Positions 19,731-29,472 of a DNA stretch of 64,000 nt are shown here, in pieces. The DNA is from Sedimentisphaerales bacterium. Its GTDB lineage: Bacteria; Planctomycetota; Phycisphaerae; Sedimentisphaerales; SM23-30. The stretch covers positions 128,001-192,000 of the forward strand of contig CAXXMR010000020.1 in assembly GCA_963663805.2 (NCBI GenBank). The letters are read 5' to 3'. The translations under genes and the position numbers were made by a program. Below the pieces are notes generated by a model. That model did not search any database. It had not been told where the DNA came from and worked only from the letters and a program-made list of their open reading frames with translations. Every line of letters begins with the position of its first letter. The stretch's first letter is position 1.

Positions 19731-22430
19731 GTGGTATCTAAGAAGAAGTTGTGTTTTGTGCTTAGTACCCACTGGGACCGTGAGTGGCATCAGACCTTTC
19801 AGGGTTTTCGTTATTCACTGGTTGAACTGCTGGATAATGTTCTGGGTGGTTATGAATCGGGTGAATTGCGGGGGCCTTTTCAGACGGACGGGCAGGCGGT
19901 GGTTATCGAAGATTATCTGGATATTCGTAAAGGTAAACGTGACGAGCTGTCGTTGCGGGCCCAGTCGGGCGATCTGGTGATCGGTCCGTGGTATGTTATG
20001 CCGGATGAGTTTCTGGTGTCGGGTGAGGCGATGGTTCGCAATCTGGAAATGGGACGGCGAGTTTGTGAAGGGCTGGGTGTTGAGCCTTCACGGAGCGGTT
20101 ATGTTTGCGATATTTTTGGGCATTGCAGCCAGTTGCCGCAGATATTTCAGTTGAGCGGAGTGGAGTTTGGCTTTCTGTGGCGGGGTTTGGCTCAGAAGGA
20201 TAATACCGAGCTGATCTGGGTCGGCTCTGATGGTACGGATCTGCCGTGCTATGTTTTTGTGGAGCGTGGTTACGGCGATTACGCGTTTGAGATTCGGCAG
20301 GTTAATATGCACAAGTACTGGGATTATTCCGAGACGACCGGGCGAATCAGAGAATACGCTGAGAAGAAGGCTAACCTTTCGCAGACGGACGCGGTGCTGT
20401 TGCTGGATGGCTGTGACCATCAGCACTGGGACCGAGAAGCGTATAAAGCGTTTTGCAAGCTGATGGAAGATAAAACGGCGGAGTTTGATTATGTGCATAC
20501 TTCGCTGGATGGTTACGCGGCGATGGTGCTGGAGCAGAAGGATAAAATAACGTCACGTGTGGAAGGTGAACTGCGTGTGCCGGGTATTCATTCGGAGGAA
20601 ATCACGCGTTGGCTGCTGGTGAATGTTTTGTCCAGCCATGTTAAGATCAAGCAGCGGAACTGCCACAGCCAGAATCTGCTTTGTCATCAGGCCGAGCCAC
20701 TGGCGTTGATGGGACATAAAATGCTGGGGTGTGAGGCCCCGAACGATTATCTGGAGTTGGCGTGGAAGTATCTGCTGAAGAATCAGGCTCACGATTCTAT
20801 CTGCGGGTGTAGTATCGACAGGGTACATCGGGATATGATGTATCGGTCGGATCAGTGTGATGATATTGGTGAAAAGCTGGTTGAGGAGAATCTCAAGCGG
20901 CTGGCGTGTTCGTCTCAGCAGGAGATTGGTCCCAATGAACAGCGGGTGGCGGTGTATAATCCTTTGGCCCGGCCGGTGAAAAAGGTTGTGGAAATGCGGT
21001 TTGATGTGCCGGTTGATTGGCCGAGCTATCTGGAGTATCGCAAATTTGAAAAGCGGCCGATTTTTCATGTCTATGACGACAGGGGTAATATGGTTGACTG
21101 CCAGCAGATTCGTTATGCACCGGCTGAGTCGCGGGTGCGGCTGCGGCAGGAGAAGATACCGGAAAAATATGAGGTGTTCCCGGTTTTTGCGGCGGTGGAA
21201 CTTGATTTGCCGGCTTTGGGCTATACGACATTGACGCTACGGCCGGGCCGGGAAAGTGAATATGTTCGCGGCAGGACGGCAGGGGGGCTGGCTGTTTCGT
21301 CGTGTGCTATGGCGAATGAATATTTGGCGGTAGAGATTCAGGATAACGGCAGTGTTTCGATTACCGATAAGCGCTCAGGTCGGCGGTTTGATAATCTTCT
21401 GGTGTTTGAGGATAACGCTGATTTGGGGGACGGTTGGGACCATTATGAACCGTTGAACAGTATGACATATAGCAGTACGGCAGGGCGGGTGGATGTGGCT
21501 TTGGTTTATGATGGTCCGCTGGCGAGTTCGTTTCTGGTGCGGAATTATCTTAATCTGCCAGTTGAATATGACCGGGTTAATAATTGCCGGTCGCGGGTAC
21601 GGCGGGAACTGGTAATCGAAAACACCATTACGCTGCGTTCCGGGGCGAAGTGGGTTGATGTTGAGACGAAATTTGTGAATGACATCAAGGACCATCGCTT
21701 GCGGGTCAGCTTTGATAGCGGCGGTGATGTTGAGAGTTTTTATACCGATACGCCGTTTGACGTGGTGGAACGGCAGATCAAGCTGCCGAAAAATAATCAT
21801 GAATTGCGTGAGGTGTATCTGAATACGGTTCCGCAGCAGAGCTGGACGGCGATTTATGATGATAAGCAGTCGGCAGGTCTGGCGATTGTCGCGGATGGTA
21901 TTCTGGAGACGGCGGTGCGTGATTTGCCAGCTCGACCGGTGAGCCTGACCTTGCTGCGGGCATTTGAGCGGCTGGTGTTTGACCAGAAGGGCGTTGACAG
22001 TCAGATGCCGGGTGAGCAGCGGTTTAATTATCGTATTGTGCCGCTGGCGAAACGTGTTGATTTTGCGGCCCTGGCGGATTTGGCACTTGATCTGGCCAAC
22101 GGCAATGCCGTGGTTCAGGTTGACTATGCCGATATGCGGAAGTATCGGGTCGGTGAAAGTCTGGCTGGTCGGGATAGTTTTTGTGAGGTTTTGGGCCAGG
22201 CGGTGGTTAGTGCCCTGCGTTCGGTGGGGGATAAGTGGCAGTTGAGGCTGTTCAATCCATCTGACAGTACGATCGAGGTTAAGGTCAAACTGCATGAGAA
22301 GCTTGGCGCGGGGCGGCTGGCTCTGGTGGATTTGAAGGGAGATATTTTGGAAAATGTTTCCTGCGATGCTGAAGGTTTGGTCAAAGTGTCGATGGCGGCC
22401 AAGAAAATTGTTACTGTGCAGGGAGGATAA
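19731..22430 (+). CDS. GH38 alpha-mannosidase (MngB-like)
   Basis: THWDREW, DGQ, IGPWYVMPDEFLVSGE, DIFGH, HDSICGCSID; start codon uncertain. Confidence 0.9.
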   Translation: MVSKKKLCFVLSTHWDREWHQTFQGFRYSLVELLDNVLGGYESGELRGPFQTDGQAVVIEDYLDIRKGKRDELSLRAQSGDLVIGPWYVMPDEFLVSGEAMVRNLEMGRRVCEGLGVEPSRSGYVCDIFGHCSQLPQIFQLSGVEFGFLWRGLAQKDNTELIWVGSDGTDLPCYVFVERGYGDYAFEIRQVNMHKYWDYSETTGRIREYAEKKANLSQTDAVLLLDGCDHQHWDREAYKAFCKLMEDKTAEFDYVHTSLDGYAAMVLEQKDKITSRVEGELRVPGIHSEEITRWLLVNVLSSHVKIKQRNCHSQNLLCHQAEPLALMGHKMLGCEAPNDYLELAWKYLLKNQAHDSICGCSIDRVHRDMMYRSDQCDDIGEKLVEENLKRLACSSQQEIGPNEQRVAVYNPLARPVKKVVEMRFDVPVDWPSYLEYRKFEKRPIFHVYDDRGNMVDCQQIRYAPAESRVRLRQEKIPEKYEVFPVFAAVELDLPALGYTTLTLRPGRESEYVRGRTAGGLAVSSCAMANEYLAVEIQDNGSVSITDKRSGRRFDNLLVFEDNADLGDGWDHYEPLNSMTYSSTAGRVDVALVYDGPLASSFLVRNYLNLPVEYDRVNNCRSRVRRELVIENTITLRSGAKWVDVETKFVNDIKDHRLRVSFDSGGDVESFYTDTPFDVVERQIKLPKNNHELREVYLNTVPQQSWTAIYDDKQSAGLAIVADGILETAVRDLPARPVSLTLLRAFERLVFDQKGVDSQMPGEQRFNYRIVPLAKRVDFAALADLALDLANGNAVVQVDYADMRKYRVGESLAGRDSFCEVLGQAVVSALRSVGDKWQLRLFNPSDSTIEVKVKLHEKLGAGRLALVDLKGDILENVSCDAEGLVKVSMAAKKIVTVQGG

Positions 22431-22433
22431 ATA

Positions 22434-23972
22434 TTGTCGATCAGCGGCCTGGATATAGTAGTATTAGCGGCGTATTTTATTATAGTTTTGTTGGCCGGGG
22501 TGTACTTTTCGCGTAAGAACACCTCTACCGAAGAATATTTCGTAGGCGGTCGTTCGTTTGGCGGACTGGTGATCGGTTTGAGTCTGGTGGGTACGTCGAT
22601 TTCGTCGATAACGTTTATCGCTTTTCCGGCTGACGCGTTCAAGACCACATGGATACGGTATATCACGGCTTTTATGATGCCGCTGGCGGTTTGGATTGCT
22701 TCACGATATTTCCTGCCGTTTTTTCGCAAGGAGAAGATCACTTCGGCATATGAATTTCTGGAAGGGAGGTTTGGTCCTTCGATACGCCTGTACACGGCAT
22801 TGGTGTTTCTGATAGCACAATTGGTACGAATCGCGATAATACTTTTTTTGCTGTCGCTGATCGTTCAGGAGATCACCGGGCTGCACCCGATATGGTGCGT
22901 GCTCATTGGCGGGGTGTTTGTCAGTATTTACACGATCATCGGCGGGATTGACGCGGTGGTCTGGACCGATGTAATGCAGACGGCAATTCTGGTATTTGGC
23001 GGGATAATATGTCTGGCGGTAATTGTCGATAAGATACCGGGCGGGCTGAGCGAGATTATTGACAAGGCTATCGAGTTTAAAAAGCTGTCTTTTCATGAAT
23101 TGCGGGACGGCGAACTGGTGCCGCTGGCGCTGGGTGTCTCGTTGAAAGAAAAAGCCATATCGATGATGCTGATATTGGGACTTACCGCGTGGATGACCAA
23201 CTACTGCAATGATCAAAATATTGTGCAGCGTTATTGTGCGGCTCGTAGTATGAAAGAGGCCCGCAAGGCGATGTGGATAAGCGTGGCATGTTCACTGCCG
23301 ATATGGGCGTTTTACATGTTTTTGGGGACGGCACTGTTTGTTTTCTATCAATATTATCCGGCGGACGCGGCGACGGAAATTCTGGAAGGCACACGCAAAG
23401 CTGAACAGATATTACCTTATTTTATAATTCATAATCTGCCGCCCGGTATTCTGGGGCTGGTGCTTTCGGCTGCTTTAGCGGCGGCGATGTCGTCGCTGGA
23501 CTCGAATATCAATTCGATTTCGACAGTGTTTGTGGTGGATATTTATCGGCGGCATTTGCGCAAGGGGCTTGAGGACCGGCATTATCTGCGGGTGGCGTGG
23601 GCGGCGGCGACGGTGGCATCGGTGTTTATGATCGGCGGGGCGATTGTGCTGCTTTATGCCGAGACCAAAACGCTTCAGGATACCGCGAATATTCTGGTGT
23701 CGATTCTCGGCGGCGGGATGCTGGGCATTTATATGATGGGGTTCTTTACGAAGATCGGCGATGCGCGGGCTGTATGGGTGGGGATTGTGATTACGATTAT
23801 TTTTACGGTATGGACGGTTCTGTGCAGTAAGAATTTGCTGCCGGAAGAGATTCACGCCCCGTTTGAGCTTTATTATACGGGGCTGGTGGGGAATGTATTG
23901 CTGTTTGTGGTGACATTTTGTGTGGCGTCATTTTGGGCTAAAGGGAAACAAAAACTAAATTCGGGAGTTTGA
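22434..23972 (+). CDS. Sodium:solute symporter (SSS)
   Basis: EYFVGGRS, SAYEFLEGRF, AVVWTDVMQ, DQNIVQRY, AAAMSSLDS. Confidence 0.95.
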   Translation: MSISGLDIVVLAAYFIIVLLAGVYFSRKNTSTEEYFVGGRSFGGLVIGLSLVGTSISSITFIAFPADAFKTTWIRYITAFMMPLAVWIASRYFLPFFRKEKITSAYEFLEGRFGPSIRLYTALVFLIAQLVRIAIILFLLSLIVQEITGLHPIWCVLIGGVFVSIYTIIGGIDAVVWTDVMQTAILVFGGIICLAVIVDKIPGGLSEIIDKAIEFKKLSFHELRDGELVPLALGVSLKEKAISMMLILGLTAWMTNYCNDQNIVQRYCAARSMKEARKAMWISVACSLPIWAFYMFLGTALFVFYQYYPADAATEILEGTRKAEQILPYFIIHNLPPGILGLVLSAALAAAMSSLDSNINSISTVFVVDIYRRHLRKGLEDRHYLRVAWAAATVASVFMIGGAIVLLYAETKTLQDTANILVSILGGGMLGIYMMGFFTKIGDARAVWVGIVITIIFTVWTVLCSKNLLPEEIHAPFELYYTGLVGNVLLFVVTFCVASFWAKGKQKLNSGV

Positions 23973-23973
23973 G

Positions 23974-26535
23974 ATGCCGGGAAAAACTATTCAGGGACTG
24001 GTACTGACAATTTTACTCATTAGTGGTTCGCTTTGGGCTGGTGCGGGCCAGACGCTCATGATAGGTGATATTGGCCCGATGTCACCGCCGGAGATATGGA
24101 ATACGCCGTTGGGTTCGGCGTATGTAACCGGTGGTGACCGGCCGGACTTTTTTGTTTATTTTAAGGATGAGAAAACCAAGCGGTACGAGGTCTATTTGTA
24201 TCCGTATCTTCGGACTGGTGCTAAGGGTGAGCCGGTTTTTGGTAAGGAAATTGTTTGTCGGCATGATTACGACAAGAACTATGTGCCGAAATATCTGATT
24301 GAGGAAGACGGCAGGATTATCTGTCTTTGGCGAAACGAAAAGATAATATCCATTTCGGAATATCAGCTTAGCGAACATTGTTTTGTCGAAAAGGGTTCAA
24401 TGACTACCGACTCTTTGCCGGGCGGGTCTTTGTCTCCGATGTCATTCATGGCAAATCCTGACGGGACAATAGAACTCATTCTCGCGCTGGTTAAGGGTTC
24501 GTATATGGGTGAGCAGGGCAAACGGCTCCATACGCGCAGTGCGTTTTTTGATCCGTTTGACGGCGCTGGTGTCTGGCGGGGGGAAATGATGACCGCGACT
24601 TTGTATGGGATGACGATAGACGGCTTTGGTGAAACAGCATCGGGTCAATTTCAGATGATCTCCGCAGAGCCGGACGAAGTGCGTTTGAGTTTGGCCCGAA
24701 AGGTTGTACCTGTCAATTTGGGGCCTGGGCATGAACGTGATATTGTCGGCGGCGGTCAGTTTGGCAACATCCATTATTATCATAACACCGCTGCCGAAGG
24801 GGTTAAACTGGACCGGGTACGTTGTCTGGCGGGACGGGATGGGATTATTCTGCGGCATCCGACCATCGATCCTTCGCCTGCTGTTTACAGTCAAAGTCGG
24901 GGCGGGCTTTCGGATTTGATTTGTTCGGGCGAAGGTTGGCATTATTATTATCGCTTTACGGGTGATTTTACCGCTGAGGGAACTCCGGTTTATAATGATC
25001 CGGTGCCGGTTTTGCAGGTTCAGCCCAAGTTAAATCTGAGTTCGCTGCCGGTGGTAAATGTGGTGGACTGGAACGGTGACTCGCTTCTTGATATCGTTTC
25101 GGGTAATTCGCCGGGCGAGGTGTTGGTCGCGTATAACACGGGCACAAAGGAAAAACCAGCTTTTGCCATGCCGACTCCGCTTAAAGATGAACTAGGCCAA
25201 CTGCTTTGTGTCCGGCCCGGATATCGTGGTTCGGTGCAGGGCCCGCTGGAAGCTCGCTGGGGATATTCATGCCCCGCGGTCGCTGATTGGAACAGTGACG
25301 GTTTAGTGGATGTGATTCTGAGCGGCAGCACAGCTGAGTATAAGGTGTTTATCAACAAAGGCACCGTCGCTGAGCCGGTATTAAAACCGGGCAATTCAAT
25401 TTATCTTGATGGTCTGGAGTTGCACGGCACGTGGCGAACCCGGCCGGCGATTGGTGACTTGGGCGGCCGGATGGCCTTGATTACGTTGGACGATGACGAT
25501 GAGTTCCACCTTTACCGGCGAATCGATGATCACAATGTAGAGGACGGCGGCAAGCTCACTCTGGAAAACGGCAAACCTATCGAGGCGAATTTCCGTTATG
25601 CCGGCGGTACCGGGCGTTTGAAGCTGCATCTGGGCGATTGGGACAGTGACGGCCGCCAGGATTTACTTGTGGGGACCATGGTGGAAAGTTGTGTACCCGA
25701 TTTGAAAACCGGATTGCCAGCCCGACTGGGCAGGATTGGCGCGGTTATCTTACTTTTACGAAATGTCGGAACCGACACCGAACCCAAATATCACACTCCC
25801 GAAACTTTGCATTATAAAGGCACGCCGGTTTTTTTGGGGATTCATTCCTGTTCGCCGGTATTCGCGGATTTGAATGGTGACGGCTTGCTTGATATTGTTT
25901 CAGGCGAAGAAACCGGCAATGTGGTTTTCTTCGACCGCAATGATGTGGAGTTCAAGCTGTTGTCGCCGGATATGATACCGGTTTTGAATAACAGATGGGT
26001 GGATGGCTCAACGTTGACGAACTGGCATGACAAACGCAACTGGTGGTTTGGCGTGCCCGCCGAAGGAGAATACGCTTTTGTGCAGCGTACCGAGTTGGCG
26101 GAGATATACGCGAATGACGCGGTTTGTACTAGGCTTTTTGTTTGTGATAACACGGTGCTCAAGGTTAGGGACGGCAGGCGGGTTCAGGTTGGTGATATGT
26201 TGGCGGTGGGGCTTTATGATAAGCACGACGCGAAACTGATAATCGAAGACGGCGAGGTTAATGTCGCCGGAAACATGATAGTCGGCAAGAGGGTCGGTTC
26301 TCTCGGTGAGGTTGTGATAAATAATGGTACCGTCACCGCTGGCGGATTGCTGTTTGGCCCGGAAGGGGGCAGCGGCAGGATAACCATCCATAGAAATGGT
26401 AAACTGATTTTGACCGGCAATTGCCTGAGTACAATCGAAAAAATTAAAGACAATATACATGCTGCGGACGGTCTCTTAGGTATTGATATTCAACACAATG
26501 AGTCCGACAATCAGACGGTAGTGACCGCGTATTAA
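23974..26535 (+). CDS. Secreted FG-GAP/VCBS repeat protein with C-terminal beta-rich module
   Basis: DWNGDSLLDIV, DWNSDGLVDVI, DWDSDGRQDLL, DLNGDGLLDIV. Confidence 0.85.
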   Translation: MPGKTIQGLVLTILLISGSLWAGAGQTLMIGDIGPMSPPEIWNTPLGSAYVTGGDRPDFFVYFKDEKTKRYEVYLYPYLRTGAKGEPVFGKEIVCRHDYDKNYVPKYLIEEDGRIICLWRNEKIISISEYQLSEHCFVEKGSMTTDSLPGGSLSPMSFMANPDGTIELILALVKGSYMGEQGKRLHTRSAFFDPFDGAGVWRGEMMTATLYGMTIDGFGETASGQFQMISAEPDEVRLSLARKVVPVNLGPGHERDIVGGGQFGNIHYYHNTAAEGVKLDRVRCLAGRDGIILRHPTIDPSPAVYSQSRGGLSDLICSGEGWHYYYRFTGDFTAEGTPVYNDPVPVLQVQPKLNLSSLPVVNVVDWNGDSLLDIVSGNSPGEVLVAYNTGTKEKPAFAMPTPLKDELGQLLCVRPGYRGSVQGPLEARWGYSCPAVADWNSDGLVDVILSGSTAEYKVFINKGTVAEPVLKPGNSIYLDGLELHGTWRTRPAIGDLGGRMALITLDDDDEFHLYRRIDDHNVEDGGKLTLENGKPIEANFRYAGGTGRLKLHLGDWDSDGRQDLLVGTMVESCVPDLKTGLPARLGRIGAVILLLRNVGTDTEPKYHTPETLHYKGTPVFLGIHSCSPVFADLNGDGLLDIVSGEETGNVVFFDRNDVEFKLLSPDMIPVLNNRWVDGSTLTNWHDKRNWWFGVPAEGEYAFVQRTELAEIYANDAVCTRLFVCDNTVLKVRDGRRVQVGDMLAVGLYDKHDAKLIIEDGEVNVAGNMIVGKRVGSLGEVVINNGTVTAGGLLFGPEGGSGRITIHRNGKLILTGNCLSTIEKIKDNIHAADGLLGIDIQHNESDNQTVVTAY

Positions 26536-26630
26536 TCTCTTGCAAGTTACATCTTACGCAAAATGGCAACAATTCCCCAGAACCGCGTATATAAAAAATT
26601 AGTTGCCGTTAAAATCCGCGTAATCCGCGG

Positions 26631-28115
26631 TTAAACAACCGCTTCGTTGATTTGTTCCGGGTCTATAATGGCTTTGTTCTTGTTTAGTTCCCGGCGGAGG
26701 AGTTTGGTATCAACTTCTTTATAAGCGATATTATTTTTGACAACTTGTGAAGAGGCGATGCCGGCGGCCTGGCCCATGGCGAAGCAGGGGGCCATTACCC
26801 GCAACGGGCCGAGCAGTTCGCGTTCCACGCTTACCATGCGTCCCGGGCAAATCAGGTTCTGGATTTTGGTTGGGACCATTATGCTGTAGGGGATAGGTGT
26901 TATTCTGCGAGCGTCTTTGCCGTATTGCGGGTTTTTTGGAGGTCTGGTTGAGTTGGGCAGGTCCCATCCGTATGCGGAGAAACCGACGATGTCGTCATAT
27001 TCGCGTCCGTCAAACAAATCCTGAATCATGAGTGTAGTCTCGCCCTTGATTCTTCTTGTTTCTCGTACGCCCAGCAGGGGGGCAACGCTTTTCAGTCGGG
27101 CGTTTTCAAAACCGGGTACCAACTTACGCAGGCCGTCGATGAGGTCCAGGGTTTCTTTTCGGCCTTTAACCATGGCCTGGGTAACTGACTCACCATCGGT
27201 TCCGTCAGGTCCGTAAATGCGGGAGGTGTTGACCATCATAACCCCTTTTTCGGTTAGCTGTACCGTGAGCAACCAGGGGATTGGATTAGGCCATTTACCT
27301 TCTTTGGCAAGTTCGCCGGCGGTTTTGCGAAAGCGTGGATCATCTTTTTCGAGGATATAATCAGCGAGCGCGTCCTGATTGACATTATCGACGTGGAACT
27401 CAAGAGTGACGTCGGCCATTACGCCGTCTTCCGCGCGGCCCTTGACGTAATCGCATCCGCTTCGAGCGGCGATGTCTCCGTCGCCGGTCGCGTCAATGAC
27501 GGCACGGGCGGGGATGGCCATAATACCGCTTTTGTTATAAGCGATGATATGAGTTATGATATTATCTTTGGTTTTAACATCTATTACGGGAGTGAAATAA
27601 AGGAAGTCGATACCCTCGGCGGCGAATTTTTCGTCCAGCATAGAGGCCATTCGATAAGGTTCTATGGGGATGCCGGCGGCTAACTGTCCCTTAAACCAGC
27701 CGTGGGGCTGATACTTTTGGGTTAGGTCTGGTTTGGCGATGAGAGCTGCTTGTTTTTCATGTCCCTCATAACATAGTTCGCGGAAGATGCCGCCTACGAC
27801 CCAATGTTCGCAGTCGCTTTGGCGTCCGCCGAGCCAGTGGGAGACCAGGCCGGAAGTGCTCATGCCGCCCAGTTGGCCTTGTCCTTCCAGGACGATGGCT
27901 TTCAGTCCCGCCCGCCGTGCTGCCAGGGCCGCACCGATGCCCGAAGGCCCGCCGCCGCAGATAACGACATCGTAGGGTTGAGTTTCAGGGAGTTCCTTGC
28001 TGAATAGGAAACCTTGTTGGGTGGTACTGATTTCACCCTGAGCTATTGCGGACGAAGCGAGAATCGCTCCCGCGGCAGTACCGAGGAACTTCCGGCGATT
28101 GCGGCTGAATGTCAT
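26631..28115 (-). CDS. Tat-exported FAD-dependent oxidoreductase
   Basis: NRRKFL twin-arginine motif; GGGPSG, IDATGDGD, GVRETRR, RVMAPCFAMGQAAG. Confidence 0.92.
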   Translation of the reverse strand: MTFSRNRRKFLGTAAGAILASSAIAQGEISTTQQGFLFSKELPETQPYDVVICGGGPSGIGAALAARRAGLKAIVLEGQGQLGGMSTSGLVSHWLGGRQSDCEHWVVGGIFRELCYEGHEKQAALIAKPDLTQKYQPHGWFKGQLAAGIPIEPYRMASMLDEKFAAEGIDFLYFTPVIDVKTKDNIITHIIAYNKSGIMAIPARAVIDATGDGDIAARSGCDYVKGRAEDGVMADVTLEFHVDNVNQDALADYILEKDDPRFRKTAGELAKEGKWPNPIPWLLTVQLTEKGVMMVNTSRIYGPDGTDGESVTQAMVKGRKETLDLIDGLRKLVPGFENARLKSVAPLLGVRETRRIKGETTLMIQDLFDGREYDDIVGFSAYGWDLPNSTRPPKNPQYGKDARRITPIPYSIMVPTKIQNLICPGRMVSVERELLGPLRVMAPCFAMGQAAGIASSQVVKNNIAYKEVDTKLLRRELNKNKAIIDPEQINEAVV

Positions 28116-28163
28116 TTCTATGCCCTTTCAAAAGTAACCATAATGTCGATTGTGCATCATACA

Positions 28164-29144
28164 CTATGGTTGATTTTGAGTCATCTTTTTTCTTGAGGGC
28201 ACAACTTCATTACAAGCTGGCTTGGCGATTGATTCGGTCGCTCGATTTTTAAGCCACTGGCAATATCTGTTGTAGAGATTATGGGCGGCGGGGTAGATGG
28301 AGTTGGGGCTCATGAAATGTGAAAATTCAAAAGTGATGAGTTTGTCAACGCCGGTGTCATTGGCTGCCATGATTTTATGATACAGTGCTGGCCAGTTTAT
28401 CGGGGGGAAGCGAATGGGCATGTCGCGGTCGAATGTTTCGATGTTAGTCCAGCAGGTGAGGTTGTGTTTTTGGGCGAGGCGGGAATTGACCGCGAGGTAA
28501 TCTTTGAGTTCAAGATAGTCAACAGTTCCATCTTGAAAAGCGACGATATCGACGCAATCCTGAATTTCCGCGAAGACCCTGTCCCATGATTTTTCGTGTT
28601 CGGCGAGCGTGATGGGATTTTCGGCGAATTGTTTTTTGCCGTGGATATAAGGCGAGATAAGGATTGGCAAATCTTTGAGGTTTTTGAGATGGCTGCCGAG
28701 CTGTCGGTAGACTTTCATTACTTCGGGATTGTAGGTATCGATTTCGTGGCTGATGTACCATCCTTTGAAGGCGTTTATGTGGCCGTATTTGTCGAAAGCT
28801 TCTTCGGTGAAGGCTTTGTTGATATCGACTTCTTTTTGATAATCGCCCTTCATCCAGTAGTTGCCGCTGTCGTAGGTTCCGAAGAAGAGATTCATTTCGC
28901 AGCGTTCGGCCTGTTCGAGAAATAAATTGAGCAGGTCGAGGGGGACCGCCATCAGTCCAACTTGTTTTTTGAGAACGTTGGACTCGAAGGTGGCGTTGTT
29001 TCGGTAGCCGTTGCGGATAATTATTACGGTGTCGATGCCGATGCTTTTCATGGCATCAAAGTCGGCGGCCCATTCTTTTTCGGCCCAGTTGGCAGAGGGG
29101 ATGTCGTGGGTGACTTCGTCTAAAAAGGTTCCGGTAATTTTCAT
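28164..29144 (-). CDS. DUF4434 domain protein (putative glycoside hydrolase TIM barrel)
   Basis: ITGTFLDE, DFDAMKSIGIDTVI, GWYISHE, AFQDG, FEFSHFMSP. Confidence 0.8.
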   Translation of the reverse strand: MKITGTFLDEVTHDIPSANWAEKEWAADFDAMKSIGIDTVIIIRNGYRNNATFESNVLKKQVGLMAVPLDLLNLFLEQAERCEMNLFFGTYDSGNYWMKGDYQKEVDINKAFTEEAFDKYGHINAFKGWYISHEIDTYNPEVMKVYRQLGSHLKNLKDLPILISPYIHGKKQFAENPITLAEHEKSWDRVFAEIQDCVDIVAFQDGTVDYLELKDYLAVNSRLAQKHNLTCWTNIETFDRDMPIRFPPINWPALYHKIMAANDTGVDKLITFEFSHFMSPNSIYPAAHNLYNRYCQWLKNRATESIAKPACNEVVPSRKKMTQNQP

Positions 29145-29419
29145 GTTTTCTGTCTTTCTGGCTGATACTTATCTTAGGGGGAGAGCCCTTGAGCTCTTCG
29201 ACAATACAACTACATAAATAGCGGATAGGGCGGGTAATCACAAGGGAATTTTTATTTGGGCGGGGTTGAATGTTTATACCGAGGAGCATTAATAATATTA
29301 GTGGCCGGGTTGGGTGAGTGTAACTGTTTTGGCAGGGAGAGATTGTCTGGATGGGGTGCGTTTGGCCGGTTAAAAGGTAAACGATTGCGGTGTGCTATTT
29401 TTACTTTACATTACCAAAC

Positions 29420-29449
29420 AAAAAACCCCGCGAATGAATCACGGGGTTT
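29420..29449 (-). terminator. Rho-independent terminator after nfnB
   Basis: Minus strand AAACCCCGTGA-ttcat-TCGCGGGGTTTTTT. Confidence 0.8.
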
Positions 29450-29472
29450 ACTATGATTGTGCTCTGTTGTGC

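Noticed and set aside
26612..26632. AATCCGCG-T-AATCCGCGG short repeat between convergent genes
   Set aside because: Only two copies; too short to support a function
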